A DNA stretch of 64,000 bases, from the NCBI GenBank assembly GCA_040954595.2, contig CM082577.2:8519846-8583845 (forward strand), written 5' to 3'. Positions 1 through 13,442 of this stretch are shown piece by piece. The notes under the pieces are model-generated. The model did not search any database, had not been told where the DNA came from, and saw only the letters and a program-made list of their open reading frames with translations. The stretch comes from Balanoglossus misakiensis. Taxonomy: Eukaryota; Animalia; Hemichordata. A program made the translations under genes and the position numbers. The stretch's first letter is position 1. Every line of letters starts with the position of its first letter.

Positions 1-27
1 ATCTGCGGGAATAAAAATTAGTCGTAC

Positions 28-3000
28 TTTGAAGTCTGTGTCAATGCCGTCGAACCTCTTGGAGTCTTCCGGCAGCTGACTACGGATGTCTTCGGACCCG
101 ATGAAGATACTCTCCAGATGTGACCAGGTACGTTGCACTTCAAACCAGATGCTGATGACTTGATCAGCCGTGGACAGCTTCTTCTGCCATGTGGACACCT
201 CTTCCAAGAAGTGCGCAATGTATTTGGATGTCATCAAGTTCTGCAGTTGTACCTGTTGATGTTTGAAAAAGAAAATATGACGTTCAGTTTGACATGTACG
301 TATGACCTCACAGTACTGTGGCCAGTTTCAAGGACTATAACACCTGCATTTCGTGGGTCCATATTTCATTGCAAAATGAGTTTCTTAGCTTTCCCTGAGG
401 ATGTCACACCCACAAAAGCAGAAACAGAGCACTAAACTTGTTCAACATACGGTTAGAGATTTTGGTTCAGTCCTATTGTGTGGATGAATCCATTCAAAGG
501 ACCATGCTTGGGGGTGAAAGCACACTGTGAAACACATTTCGAGAAACACTAACCTGATTATCTTCAAGAGTTTCAATCAGCTCCTCGCTGGACTTGAGAG
601 TGGGCGTTCCGGTGCGGGTGTGCGACTCGTACTCAAACTCCATGGTCGACCAGGTGGTGTCCAACTCTCTCAGCACCTTCTCCATGCTCATTTCCTTGAC
701 GGCTTTGTCCACGATGCCGCGCACCTCATCTTCAAAGTTGTGCAGGTTGAGCGCCAGAAGGTCGGCCAAAGTGGTTTCATCGTCCATGATGAATTTCACC
801 TGGAGTGAGAGAACAAACACGAAAGTCATTGGTACCGTGTCTTAATATCATGCTGATGTCTAATCAACAATTTGCATGCTTTTTTATGGTAATTCTGAAA
901 CACACGCATAATAGACAGGGCCACACCGTTATGCCACTAGAACCTGACTTCCTTGCTGGCAGTCTGTGTGACTCCTGTGTCAGCATAATATAAAACATTA
1001 CGGCGAAACTTGTGTGATTGGAGTTTCATCCTTACTGCACAACCCAGTCTCACTGGCAGAAACAATTTGAGCTAGTATACATGATTTAAACTTGGAATAG
1101 TTTTGATGTCATGCCAGGACACTAAAGATATAGGTATGACCATGTCGAGACAGATTTCCATGCGTAGACCAGTTTAGAGTTGATATACGGTATCTAAAGA
1201 TCTGAAAATCACACTTCAAAATTCTTGGACACTTGGGAAGGGGGGGGGGGGAATGAGAAATAACATTCATGGGTGTGGGGGATGTGTTGCACAAGTACTT
1301 GACCATGCCACTTACAAACCTTGATTTCGTTGTTCCTCTATCAAAATGACAGTCCAGTGAAAAATACGAGAACAGATGATTGATGAGTATCACGTTACCA
1401 TGACGATAAGTACGTACACCATACGAGGATGAACAAAAAACTGGGATACACCATAGATACACTGAAGCGTGATTGCATTTGATGGAATGATTTTTGCAGT
1501 AGGTGGGGGATGGGAGGAGACATAGCCTACCTGTGTAGCCTGCATAAGTTGCTGCCAATGTCTGTCTCGGATGGCCGGGTTCTGCAGCTCGCTCACGGCC
1601 CTCAGTGAGGTTAGCATGTTCTTGACGGTGGACTCCAGTCCGCCATAGGCGTCCCAGGCCCTCATCTCCTTGTCCAAGGAGCGGATGTCCTTGGCGAACT
1701 TCTTGCAGTCCATCTCCATCTGCTCCACGTTGATCTCCTGCCACAGGGTGGTCTTCCAGTCCTCGATGCTGGAGCGCACCAGAACGATCATGTCCCAGAG
1801 GCTCTTGAGCATGATAACCTCGCGTCGGCACTGCTTCAGCTGCTTGTAGTCGGGGATGTTGACTTCGAACAGGCCGGCGGACTCCTGCAGGGTCTCCATC
1901 TCTTGTTCCATTTCTGAGATTTGGAGATGCATCTGGGGAAGGGAGGGAAGTCACGAAAAAACACGGATCAAAGTTTAGCTTGCAAGGTCAAGTTCAACCA
2001 CAAGTTTCTCTCAACATTTCAGAACTAAACACTAGTCAAAGTTCAGCTTTCAACGTTAAAATCAACCACAGTTTGCTTTCAACATTCCAGGAACAACACA
2101 GGACAAGAAAAACATGGATCTATATAACGCACCCTATCCAAACTAGTATAAGGCTCTTCGCAGTCAAAGCGGAATAATCCTTCCTTTCGGAAGTTCTCCC
2201 TGAACTCGTGCTGCTTGACGTCGAACGTGGTGCACTTCCTGCGGATAATGGCAACCTCGTTAGCCTGTAGGGGAGCCACTTGTTGCTTGACTGTGATGGC
2301 AATCTTCTTTGAGTTGTTCCACTGCTCTGGAAGTTCCTGGAAACGAGACATAAATCACGAGATATCAACCTCTGAACATTGAGGGATATTTTAGATAAAA
2401 AGATTTCTACCAAGATATTATCTTTTAGGACATATAAACACCCAGAGAATTTTTGTAAAATGCATGTAGCTCAGTAAGAATAATTGCCATTCTTGAAATG
2501 ACAGAAAGTAAACATACACGACAAACTGACAAAATGTTTCATTATATCCAGGATGCAGATGTTTTTTTAAAAGTTCTGTTCTCTTGTTGTGAATAAAATT
2601 TATGGGCCTCAGGTCTGTAAACTGCAAGCCATGGTTGGTCAATTGCTGTCACTACATTCATGGCTGATTTTGGTATTGAATGCAAATTTGCAAGCAACAC
2701 GCAAAAAAAAACAAAGTTGCTGGCCATCTTACTTGAAGTTGGGTGTGTACTTCCTCGGGCATTTCCTGGTCGTACGTCTTCAACAGTTCTATGGTGAGTT
2801 TCAGCGGTTCGAACATCTCGTCGGTGGTCGACTGTCTGTCCTTGACGGCCATCAGGTGGCCCATCACTTCGACTAAGCCATCATAGTCACCCTCCTCTAC
2901 GGGCTTGGTGAGACCCGAATCCGCCACTTTGATGAACTCCTGCAGGTCCGACAGGCTGTTGGTCACGTGGTCGATCAGGTGCTGTTTGAACATGAAGCTC

Positions 3001-6000
3001 CACCTCTTCACGATGTTCAACAGAGCTTGCTTGAAGGGTCTGGCGTCCACACGGAACCAGGCATCAAACAAATGCGTGCCCTTGACGTCTTCAACTTCGG
3101 TGTAGATCTTCTCGTAGGTATCGACCTGTGAAAGAAGTTTGCGTTGTGAGTACCGCGGGATTAAAATCTAATTATAAAAAAGATCACATACAGTTTTCTA
3201 AGACATCAAAGGCATTGTGTGAGGATTATTTTGGATCAACGAATGCCAAATTCACTATGTCTTGCCTTGAGGAACTTTTAACTGGATCACACACTGTAAG
3301 TGATCAATTTCCAATGACTTAAATGGAAAAATGTACAATAGACAAAGATATTCCCAACTGTATTTGCTAAAATCTTCCATGACTCCATAGGGGCAGTGCC
3401 AGGCCTGTGTTGAATCAGAGGTGAAATTGCTTAAGCCGCTTTGATTTCACATAAAAGGTCTGTTACACACTGCAACTGATTAGTGTACTGGGTTCCAGGG
3501 ATTAACACCCACCTGTTCTTTGAATTGATCCAGAGTTGGCGGCGACTCCGGGACGCCGTCCTCCGCGTGGGCCTCGATCTCCTCCGTGGTCAGCACGTGG
3601 TTGTAGAGCAGGAACTGGCGCATGAACTCGTTGCGGTCGTCCACCCACAGGTAGGCGTAGTTGTCGAAGGAGTTGCGGTACTCCTGGGCCTTGTTCATGA
3701 CGCCCTGGATGCGGTCCATCACCTCCTGCCTCATCTCCGACAGGTCCAGCATGTCTTCCAAGTCGGACTGTTTGGAAAATCATGCAAATCTTATCAGCAA
3801 GGAGAAATCATCCTAAAATGCACTCTGCTTACTTGTAAAACTTGGACAGAGTTTATTACAGCACCATGATTTTAAATTTCTAGCTGATGATGTTGCATTG
3901 AAATAATGAAAATATTCTCATTTCTTGTTTTTTCACAAGCATATATTGGGAAGTAAAGAGTCTTCAGACTTTTCAAGGACTGAATCTCACTTTCCTAAGA
4001 CTTTCCTGGAATCATTCAAAATTCCCGGGACTTTTCCGGGAGTGAATGAACCCCGGAAGATAACACATCACACCAAATCAGGGAATATCGCATGATTTCT
4101 CGGACACCAACCTGGTAATGTTCCATGCCACTGTGCTCGGCGAGTCGCGGCATCAGGGAGGACATCTTGTAGATATCGCTGACCAACATCTCCACCAGAT
4201 CGTAGAAGCCGTCCGAGACGCCGAAATCCAGCGACGGCACGAAGACCATCTCCGGGGCCTGCAGCTCCAGCTTGGCCTCGAACAGGGCCTGGCTGCAAAT
4301 CTTGGGATCGGTGTTGTCCAGCAAGTAGTTCAGGCTGCAGTGGATGCAGTTGAAGAAACCGTCCACCACCATGTCGTCGATGTAGTCAATGTACGCCTTC
4401 CAGATGTCAGAGTCTGCATCTCCTTTGAAAAAGTCCAAGTTTTGCTGTGGGAATTAAAGTAAAAATATTCATTGTTGTGTGTTCCGTAAATTATAATATT
4501 GTGTCAATAAATTTGCTGATGTGATTGTAATCTAGAACAATCAAGTAAGGTTGTGCATTCTATAATACAATGATGATGATGATCACAACGGTGGTACATG
4601 AGAAGGACATTTGAGAACTTAGAAGTGTCAAATTTTTGAATTTGATTGAAAAAGTATTCCTGAGCTTGCAGAGAAAATACCAAGAAAATTTTTTTTTATA
4701 ATAAAAGTCAAACAAAAAATACTAATCAGCAAAAGAGTCAATCTCTCACCTGGACCAAGCCTCTGATCTTCTCCCCATCAGATTTGATGTCGCCGTAACG
4801 TTTGTTGAGCCTTTCGGTCCTGTCATCCAGACCGAGCAGCGCCGAGTCCTTGAGCTCTTTCCTCTCGAACAGGGGCACTTTGGTCCACTCGCCCATGATC
4901 TTCTGTATGTTCTCGATGTTCTGCTTGGCCTTCTGCACCCTCTGCTCCAGGTCGTGCACCTTGTCGCGGATCTCCTGGATGTACTCCCAGATGCTGTCCT
5001 GGTTCCAGTTCAGGTTCTTCTCGGCCTTCTCCAGCTGCGAGTCGATGTCCACCAGCTGCCCCTCGATCAGCGGGTACTCCACCTCCAGGACCGTCTCTCG
5101 CACCTCGTTGTACCACGCCACCATCAGGTCCATGTTGGCGCGGTACTGATGGAACGTTTCGTGCTTCTCGTACAGGGCTTGCCCCTTCTCCGGAATGTCG
5201 TCTTGACCCCGGATGTTCAAATATTTCACTTCTCTCAACACTGCTACAAGCTGCAAAGAAAAGTTGTTGTTTTTTCAATCACTGGTCTAATCCTTTTGTT
5301 TTCAGTAGTCTTGATAGATCCATATATGCGAAATCGGGGAGAAGCAAGGAAGCTATCTTAGCAATTTCCAAACTATCAACCATATATGTTTTTCACCTAC
5401 CTCTGGGTCAAAGTTGACTGTTATAAGTTTGGTCTCCTCATTTCTTGTGATAAGCGGCTGCTCCAGATTGAATTGACACTTCTCTTCGACTCCCGCTGTC
5501 CAATCTTGATAGACCTTTTCGTCATATCTAGCAGGGGGGAAAAATGATCACAATTGACAGGTTGCAAACAACTAAGGCTCCATTTCTGTATGGAATCACT
5601 ATAGTTATGAATATTCTGAGAATTGTTGACGCAATTGAACAGAATAGAGATTTTATGCATGGTAATTCTTGGCTCCCTGAGAGCTTACAGTCATGGTGAA
5701 TCCAGTATTAAAAATTAGAACATTTTGGGAATGAATGCTGACATATCTGCTCTATTTGTTGCAATAATTCTTTTTCAACACAGTCTACCAAAGGTATGAA
5801 AAAGAATCAACACGACCCGGAAATGCTGAATTCACATTAAAATGATCACCAATACAATAATTTATCATTTTGTTTCATATAGGGTACATAACACTGCTCT
5901 TACCTTCCAAGGAGATCCATCATCTGTTCATACTTCGTAAAGATGATTTTAGCTTCCTGGCCGTTCATTATCCTGAAAATTTCGAGAAGTAGAAAATATG

Positions 6001-9000
6001 AGCAAAAAAAATGATAACAGTTTTCATTCTGTTGCCGGGTTTATATTTAGTAAACAACGCATGCAAATTGTACACCAAAGACAAAGCACACCATGCACCT
6101 CGGAAACAGTGTAGTTGTTATCCGCCAATGTAAACGTATTTTTATTGACTATCTAAAGAAAATAGGATAGTCATCATGCAGTTCTGAGTTATCTACAAGT
6201 TACAATGAATAAACATTTCAAATTCAATATTCGCTGCTGAATCTTATGTCTAACTCTGTGGGAAAATTTGATTTCAAAATGCAAAAAATAAATCTAATAT
6301 ACAAACTCGTATGTGGAAGAGAATGGAACAGAAGGTTAAACCCCAAATTTGAAGAGACTGTGGGATAAACTGCCATAGAAATATACGTATATTCCTGAGT
6401 ACGACTTTATCTATGTGTTTCTATTTGTACCAGTATCCTGCCACTTATCTTGAGCCTAATGTCAGTGGAAAAATGCAGATGTCACTTTGTTACATTTGTT
6501 TGTGGAGTAGGGCCTATTCCTTTCTGGCTTTGAAATTCTGTATCCGAAGTGCATTTCACCATAAAAGCTGACAATATTAGTGATTGGTTTACTTATGCAT
6601 ATACTGATGTCATTTGAAAATAACTGCAGCAATAATTGTTTTTTCCCCTTTAATTGCTTTCACTCTTGCTGTTTTTTTTTTTTTTTTTGGCTGATGGAAC
6701 ACAGTAAGCCATATTGCTAGACTCTTGCCAGCTAAAAAAAATTCTAAATACACTTGCACATACACACACGTGAATGCACACACAACATAATATATTTAAT
6801 AAACAGGTCATTATCCTTGGCTGGGACTGGAAGGCATATATCCCTGCTTTCGGGCATTGACACTCAAGATATTTTGGTTAAACATCTAGAAGTTAGCAAA
6901 AACAAAAACAAACCAACAAACAACCAAAGACTTGCCTTTGGAACAAAACAACACGTGCAAATTCTGTTATTCAAAACTCAACATGTTAGCCCTGAACACA
7001 AAACATATTCGGTTCTGCCAAAGAATGTGATAGTAAGTCAGTTCTTATGTTTCTAATGCAGAGGCTATAGGCATTATGCAGCAAGGAATCTATCAATGAG
7101 GGATCTTTGATGACCATCTTCATACCCCCATAAGAGTGGAATGATCCAACTGTCTTGATGCAGAAAGGACCATTCCAACTCCAAGGGGGGTGTTAGTGGA
7201 TGGATAATGCTAGACTATCACACTCTTTGAGCAGAATCTGTAAGCGGTTACTTGTTTCAAATGTCTCCAATCTTACAAGCACATGCAAGGAGAAACAAAA
7301 CAAAAAAAGCTCTGGCTTTGTGCTGTGCTGTTACCTCTGGATTCCAGTTCTGTTGACGTGACATGTACATTCCAGTTGATATCGGGTGAAAAATAGTTTG
7401 ATACATTACGAGGTGGGGGGAAAATGATAAAAATGCGAGAAAAGAGGGGGTGAGAACTAGATTTACACTATGATGCAATGTGGAGGTATCTACGGAATGC
7501 AGGTGTGATATAAAAAAGTACAGTACATGTTTGTCATCACGGAAGGGATAGCAGCAAGAGTATGCAGTCAATCTGGGTCCAATGGGTTTACTGAGCCATG
7601 CATACAGGCCATGCTGTGTTTTATACATCTACACATGGATAGGTCATCACACGTCAGGCAAGTGAAGTATTTTAACTGTCGTTTCGCATCAAAGCGTGCC
7701 AGCTGAATTGACGGGGAAAGATATATTTCACCCACTTCTAAACTCAAAAAGTTTTTTCAATCACTGAAAAAAAAGCCAATAACATGCAAGTGGTTTTGCG
7801 AGCTTTAAACATGCTTCCAGGGAAAAAAACTCGCGGGAAATGATGCAGAAGTAACTTACGGGTGTTCAATATGCTTGAAGTTGCCCATGGGTATGGAGAT
7901 TCGCTGCCTGAGCTCGTCAGACCACTTCAGAGAGCCGGCAACCTCGGGCATATTCTTGTTGACGGGCGCCTTGCCCTCCGACTCCTCGTTGATGGCCATC
8001 TGCTGGTCGTAGATGGTCTTGGCGTCGTCCAGCTCCGCGTTGTACATCTCCAGCAGCTGCGGATACTTGCTCTCAAAGTCTTCCCGGATGACCGGCCGGT
8101 CCAGCAGTGTGCCATAGCAGTCCAGCAGCTGCAATGCAAGTGACGACAGATTTCACAGCACAGGAACGGGGGGAAAGTTGTGAGGTTATGGATTTAACAT
8201 CATGCCTGGCATTATTATAACTCATATAAAAAATAACACTACCGGTATTCCACTCAAGGGAAAGCATGGGATTTGATTCGTAAGTCTAAAAAAATGCAAC
8301 CTATTTTCTGTAATTTCACACTGAAACTTATTATTGTCAGGGACTTGGGTTAGGTTCAAGAGACACAGGCTTATCCTACTGTGTAAATAATAATATACCT
8401 AGTACACATCAAGAGGGAGACTTCTTAGCTTTCCTGTAAGACCTCTTTCTGTATTGTGCAGTATCAAAATAGATGTGTTTTTCTGCATAGTTTGATGGAA
8501 GATTACTGCAATTCTTTGAATTGTGATGTAAACGGACAGAATGGCTATAAACCACTGATTTTTCACGGATTTTGAAGATGACACAAAAGTATTTGAAGAA
8601 AATCCCAAATATCCATGGGTTTGAGTATTTGTTTTAAAAATGTCCATAGATATTTCCTTCTTTCTTTATTGCACAGCTGACAATACAGTGATAGCAATAC
8701 ACACAGAACATGTAACGCTTGTTCTAAAGCATGCACATATGAGATGAAGACATATATATACCTGCAGTTCATACTCATCACAACATATTCCACATGACGG
8801 CACACCACAAAGCTTTGCTTTTGGAAAGCCTGCGTCTGTACTTACAGTTATGCGATTACTTAACAGAAAATTGAACTGCTGAAAGAACTGCACAGAGGGG
8901 CAGCGAAAGAGCACGAGAGATATAGAGATGTAGACAGATTTCAGTTAGTTTGTCGGTGGCGGCGGCCAGCCTCCCCCCTGTCTGGGAGGAGGATTGTTGA

Positions 9001-12000
9001 GTCACTCGAAAGCCCAACAGTGGCCACTGCATGCACAGGGTATTTAACCCTTTCACCTCCAGTTCCTTCTTCAGTGGTCCAACCTTACCATAGAAAACAA
9101 TGGGTTTGGACTGAACCATTGTGGTGAAAGGGTTAAGGAAGGTCTAAATGCTACCATCACGATCTTGTTCAGAGCCAATGACACTGTCAATTTCACAAAT
9201 TGTCCGTGCAACAAGCACGCATTTGTAGAAACAATCTCCTGTACGGACTTGAAACTAGATTTGCGGTGAAGTTTTTTTGATGAAAGGGACAGAACTGCAG
9301 TCTGCACTACAAGTTTTACAGTGTTCCACTGGCTATGAACGAACAACCAACAAGATCTTGACAAAATTCAGGAAGAAGCATTTAAACAAAGACGTACAGA
9401 TGAGGAAGACAAGAAAGCCACATGTATGATAGAAACTGAAGTAGCAAGACACTGATGATGACACGGACAGCATGCAGGGTGAATGTCTACGCACCTTGAA
9501 CACTGATTCAACACCAGAGCAATCATCAAATCCTTGGCAAAGGATAGCGCCAAGTCGTCGATCCAAGTCGTACAACTGTTTCTTGAAAGTTTCATAATCT
9601 TCCAAAAATTCCTGCATACCAAAAAGAAGGGGGTGAGGAATGGTCACATTAAGTAAACTTTTTGAAAAGCAGCTTCAGAATCTGAATTCTCTGTTTATAT
9701 TTTACAATGCTTTGGAAACACAGGCACTGGGATCTACTATACTGTAAGGATTTTTTCATTTTCCGGGAATAGACAGACAGACAGAAACCTACCTGTGTGG
9801 CGGGATCCAAAGCATCATACGTGCGTTCTGCAAACACCTTGACGTACTCCTGGAATTCTTCAAAGATCTGTACAACCTGTGTGCTGAGCATTCTTCCCTT
9901 CATTCCTCCCATCTCTGTCTTTTCCAGCTTCAAGAACTCGATAGTCGTCTCAAACAGTTCCTGCAGAGAACGGCAAAAGAACACAAAACGCTCAGCTTCT
10001 ACCGATGTGAGATGGGTTACACTTACACACAACTTTCACCCCTCCCTATTTCCCTGTATAGATGTGCACCTTTGCCATTGAAAACAACAGGATTGGGCAA
10101 AACCACGGTGGTGAAGATTAATTAAAGGATTCCAATGATCGTGTGGTGGCATCCTTTTTTTCACATGGCAACTGACTGAAAATTTATCATTTTATGATTG
10201 GCTAGATTAGATTATCCACAGTAATACTGGCCAAGTTTCCATTAGGTGACTTTTTCCACAACACAATTAATTGACATATTCCTTGTAAATCTAAATTACC
10301 CGTAGGATTTCCAGCCTTTCCATGAACTGGTCCATGCGTGTGAACACCATGGCGCTGGCAAACTCCCACTCCTTGGGCTCGTCGCCATTCTTGAAGTAGT
10401 CCTTCATTTTGGCCCGGTGCTCATCATAGGTTTCGCGGAAGCCTTTCAAGACGTTGATGGCCACGACAGTCTTCTCAAGCGATTCTTCAGCCTCTCCTTT
10501 GAATATCTCAGCAGGTTCCAGATACGTCCTTGCCTGGTAGGATAGAAATTGGGATAATATAAATCAAGAAGCACAAAAAAAATATTACATGACTATACAT
10601 GTATGAAGTCATTGGTAAAAATTTGACAGAATACTTCTCAGCATAAAGGGAATATTTGAAAACGCCACTTTTGCAAAAATTGTTTTTCTATCTTATCTGT
10701 GGGGGGAAAGAGACAGTCGAAACAAACTCACCATTTCAATCAGCTGATTGCAGATTTCTTGGAGCAGGACAATAATCCTTGCCGGGGTGCTGTAATACTG
10801 AGAATGGGCCCAGATGAGGCACACCACATGCATCAGGGGTGGCAGCAAAGGTGCCAACTCGCTCAAATCAACTTGTTCAAACTCTTCCAGTTGGCGCTGA
10901 AGGGGCTTCAGATGAAGACTGATGTCTTGGGCTTCTGTCAAGGCTGTTGGGAGAAACAAGAGAGAAGGGATGACAGTTGATGAGAATGTCATGTAGCATA
11001 TTTTATCTTTGCCTTTTTTACAGGAAATCCCATTCTCAAAATTTAGGAAATTTTTGATGCCAGTAAACAGTAAATATATTGCTTACTTTACTAGACTATA
11101 CTTGTAAACTTAACATGAATTGACTTGGCAGCCTGGAAACCAATCTTTTGTGTAATGAGCTCTCTCTTACCAACAGCTATGGATGTCAGTGGTTACAGAA
11201 TACATACAGCAAAAGGCTCTGAAGTATGCTTTCTTATGCAGACAAGACATCCAAGATCGTGTGTGTCAACCTACCTGCTACAACATCTCTAAAGATGTTC
11301 TTGAAAGTTGGAAAGTAACTGCTCTGTGTTTTCTCTAGTAGCTCAGCCATTTTGCGGACTTTTGGGTCACGAAGCTGTAATGGAACAGACACTAACACGT
11401 ATCAGAAATCTGTACAATGCAAACTGACACATTACAAACTTTTCAGGCATTTGGAGTTTTCAGAAACCACAAAACTCTGATAAAGGGGAAATTAACACTC
11501 CAACTACACTCTGTTTAACTAGTAAAAACTGCCTATTTTCCAAACTCCACAAGATCCTGCGAGATTTTGTGTGGCTAGGAAATTTTCCATCTGTTGCGCA
11601 AGCAGGAAAAAAGGTGCCTCACCTGATCATAGATACATTCAAGGTTAGCACACTTGGCTTTCCAGAAATCGATTTCCACCAAAGGTCCGGGATTAAGACC
11701 CTCTAGCAATGGTTGTGCAGAATCTCTCTTCAATACTTCTCTGATCTGATGAGTCCAGTCAATGATAACAGATTCAATCGAGTGAACAAGACCACGATCA
11801 TAGCCATCACCCCTAGTAACACAAAAAGAACTTTTTTTATGACACATCAATTTGATTACACAGCCATGTCTGTAACATGAAAAAGGACATTTTGAAAAGT
11901 AAACACAATGCATTGTGTGCATTGAACAAATTCTCATACAAAAAAAAATAATTTCAACATTTTGTGATTCTGTCTATTTATAAGCATGGTTACAATTACA

Positions 12001-13442
12001 TACACTGATACAGAGCAAAATTGGAAAAGATTTTAAACTAAAAATGTTTAACTCAAAAAAATATAGAAAAATTACAGGTGCTTTAATCACACTACTTTTT
12101 TTGAGCATTTATATGAACTCACTTTTCTTGTGCTTCAATTGTGGATTCTTCTACTTTTTCTGATCCTACTGGCAGCGGCAGCAATGTTTTGCCGCTGACC
12201 TGTCCTGACACTACAAACACACTGCTTTTCAAGTTGTGTATGTGTCTCAGGACGTCCTGTGATACCACATTTGGCCATTGTTCGTGGTTGCGCGGGTTGG
12301 ACAGCAGTGGTACCAACACCTGTACAAAAAAAAAAAAAAGATTTCTTTTTTAAATGTCAATAAATGTAGTGGTTTGTGGTCTTAATTTGGACCAGATTGT
12401 CACATTTAATTCAAAATACCAATACTTATGTAATGACGTACAACATTGTACAAAGTTGTCACCATGTGTCATCATAGACTATGTCTATGGTGTCATGCAA
12501 GCACCAGTACATTTCAAACCTGAGCGCCATAGCAACCGACATCAAAGGGTATACAGTGTAACTTAAAAGTCAAACAAAAGAAGAAACTTGCTCAGGACAG
12601 TAAAAAGTCAGAAGAAAAACTGAAGACAAAAATAGTTGTCATCTCTTGAAAAAATCAACCTATTTACACAATCTTTCTTGAGCAAATTGCTCTCCATATA
12701 ATGAAAATATCTTGCAGGTGGTTCCGTTGTATACTTAAGTCTTTCACTATAAACTAAACTTTAAGGGATGCAAAGTGACACGACAATGACTATATCCGAC
12801 AATCACATTTTACATATACAGGATCTTTCTGAGACGTCATAATCACTAGTATTCCTGTGAGCTTATGAAAGGAAAGTTTGTGAATAATTTATGGAGGATC
12901 CTTTTCAAGGTAAAATCAATACATCTGGTCCCACTAAAATGACTGCGCAATATCCTAAGAATTTCAACAGTCTTGAAAACTGTCAACAGAGTTTTCTAGT
13001 AATGAAAAAAATATAAATAATTATAGAAATTCTTCATTTGAAAAAAAATGCTCATAAATAATATAGGTTAAAGATAAAAGTCAAAGTGGTTTCTTACCTC
13101 ATCTACAAGTGCTGACAACTGTTCTAAAGGGGAATACGAAAGGTCTCCATAGGCTAAAACGTTTTTAATATTATCTTTCTGGACAGTGTCTCTGGATTTA
13201 CGTGTAAAATACACTGCTTTCTGTTTCAAATTGCTCGGCCATTCCAGCTGTGGTTGCAAAAGACCAGCCGGAGTGACTAAGATGACAAGCTGTTGATGTT
13301 CCGGCTTCTCGAAAAATTCTGTCATAAGAATCCTGTTGTCATCGATTCCGATACATTTTGCCCACTTGTCCGGCTTCAACTTAAAGCTTTTCAACACGTA
13401 GTCCGATATCACTTCAAATCTGTGATCTGCTGGATCTGCCAT
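28..13442 (-). CDS. Outer-arm axonemal dynein beta heavy chain (DNAH9/DNAH11/DNAH17 family). The first 19 coding exons are in the window and the gene continues off the left edge.
   Basis: GT-AG exons on -: 13442-13098, 12319-12123, 11812-11623, 11374-11275, 10943-10732, 10533-10300, 9960-9793, 9611-9495, 8128-7860, 5972-5904, 5527-5401, 5250-4750, 4444-4112, 3767-3513, 3125-2733, 2336-2133, 1932-1531, 799-554, 252-28. They splice in frame to about 1529 codons. Tail (DHC_N1/N2) sequences typical of the beta-HC class are present: [67 protein letters not shown]. Vertebrate paralogues cannot be told apart. Confidence 0.95.
7335..7349 (-). other. Candidate 15-nt microexon in dynein intron 9
   Basis: CAACAG|AACTGGAATCCAGAG|GTAACA. 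It is phase 2/2 like the host intron and gives ...HP-TGIQR-IMNG. A TGCATG motif lies ~50 nt downstream (7287-7282). Confidence 0.35.
8846..8887 (-). other. Candidate 42-nt in-frame cassette exon in dynein intron 8 ([14 protein letters not shown])
   Basis: CTAAC branch site at 8948-8944, then a ~55-nt AG-free pyrimidine tract ending TGCAG. The donor is ACT|GTAAGT. It is phase 0/0 like the host intron and has no stop codon. Confidence 0.5.
9048..9132. mobile_element. ~85-bp TTAA-flanked MITE (piggyBac-like CCC...GGG ends), family A
   Basis: TTAA|CCCTTTCACC...GGTGAAAGGG|TTAA. Related copies are at ~10031-10121, ~19055-19137 (reverse), 22111-22202, 33417-33503 and ~34792-34887. Confidence 0.85.
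10031..10250. mobile_element. Degenerate family A MITE followed by a degenerate family C (Kolobok-like) MITE fragment
   Basis: CTTTCACCCC...GAAAACAA...GGTGGTGAAG matches family A. TGGTGGC...TGATTGGCTAGAT...AGGTGAC matches the element at 34010-34200. Confidence 0.55.

Noticed and set aside
1109-1954. 281-aa minus-strand ORF
   Set aside because: It is an off-frame read of dynein exon 1932-1531 running into the intron.
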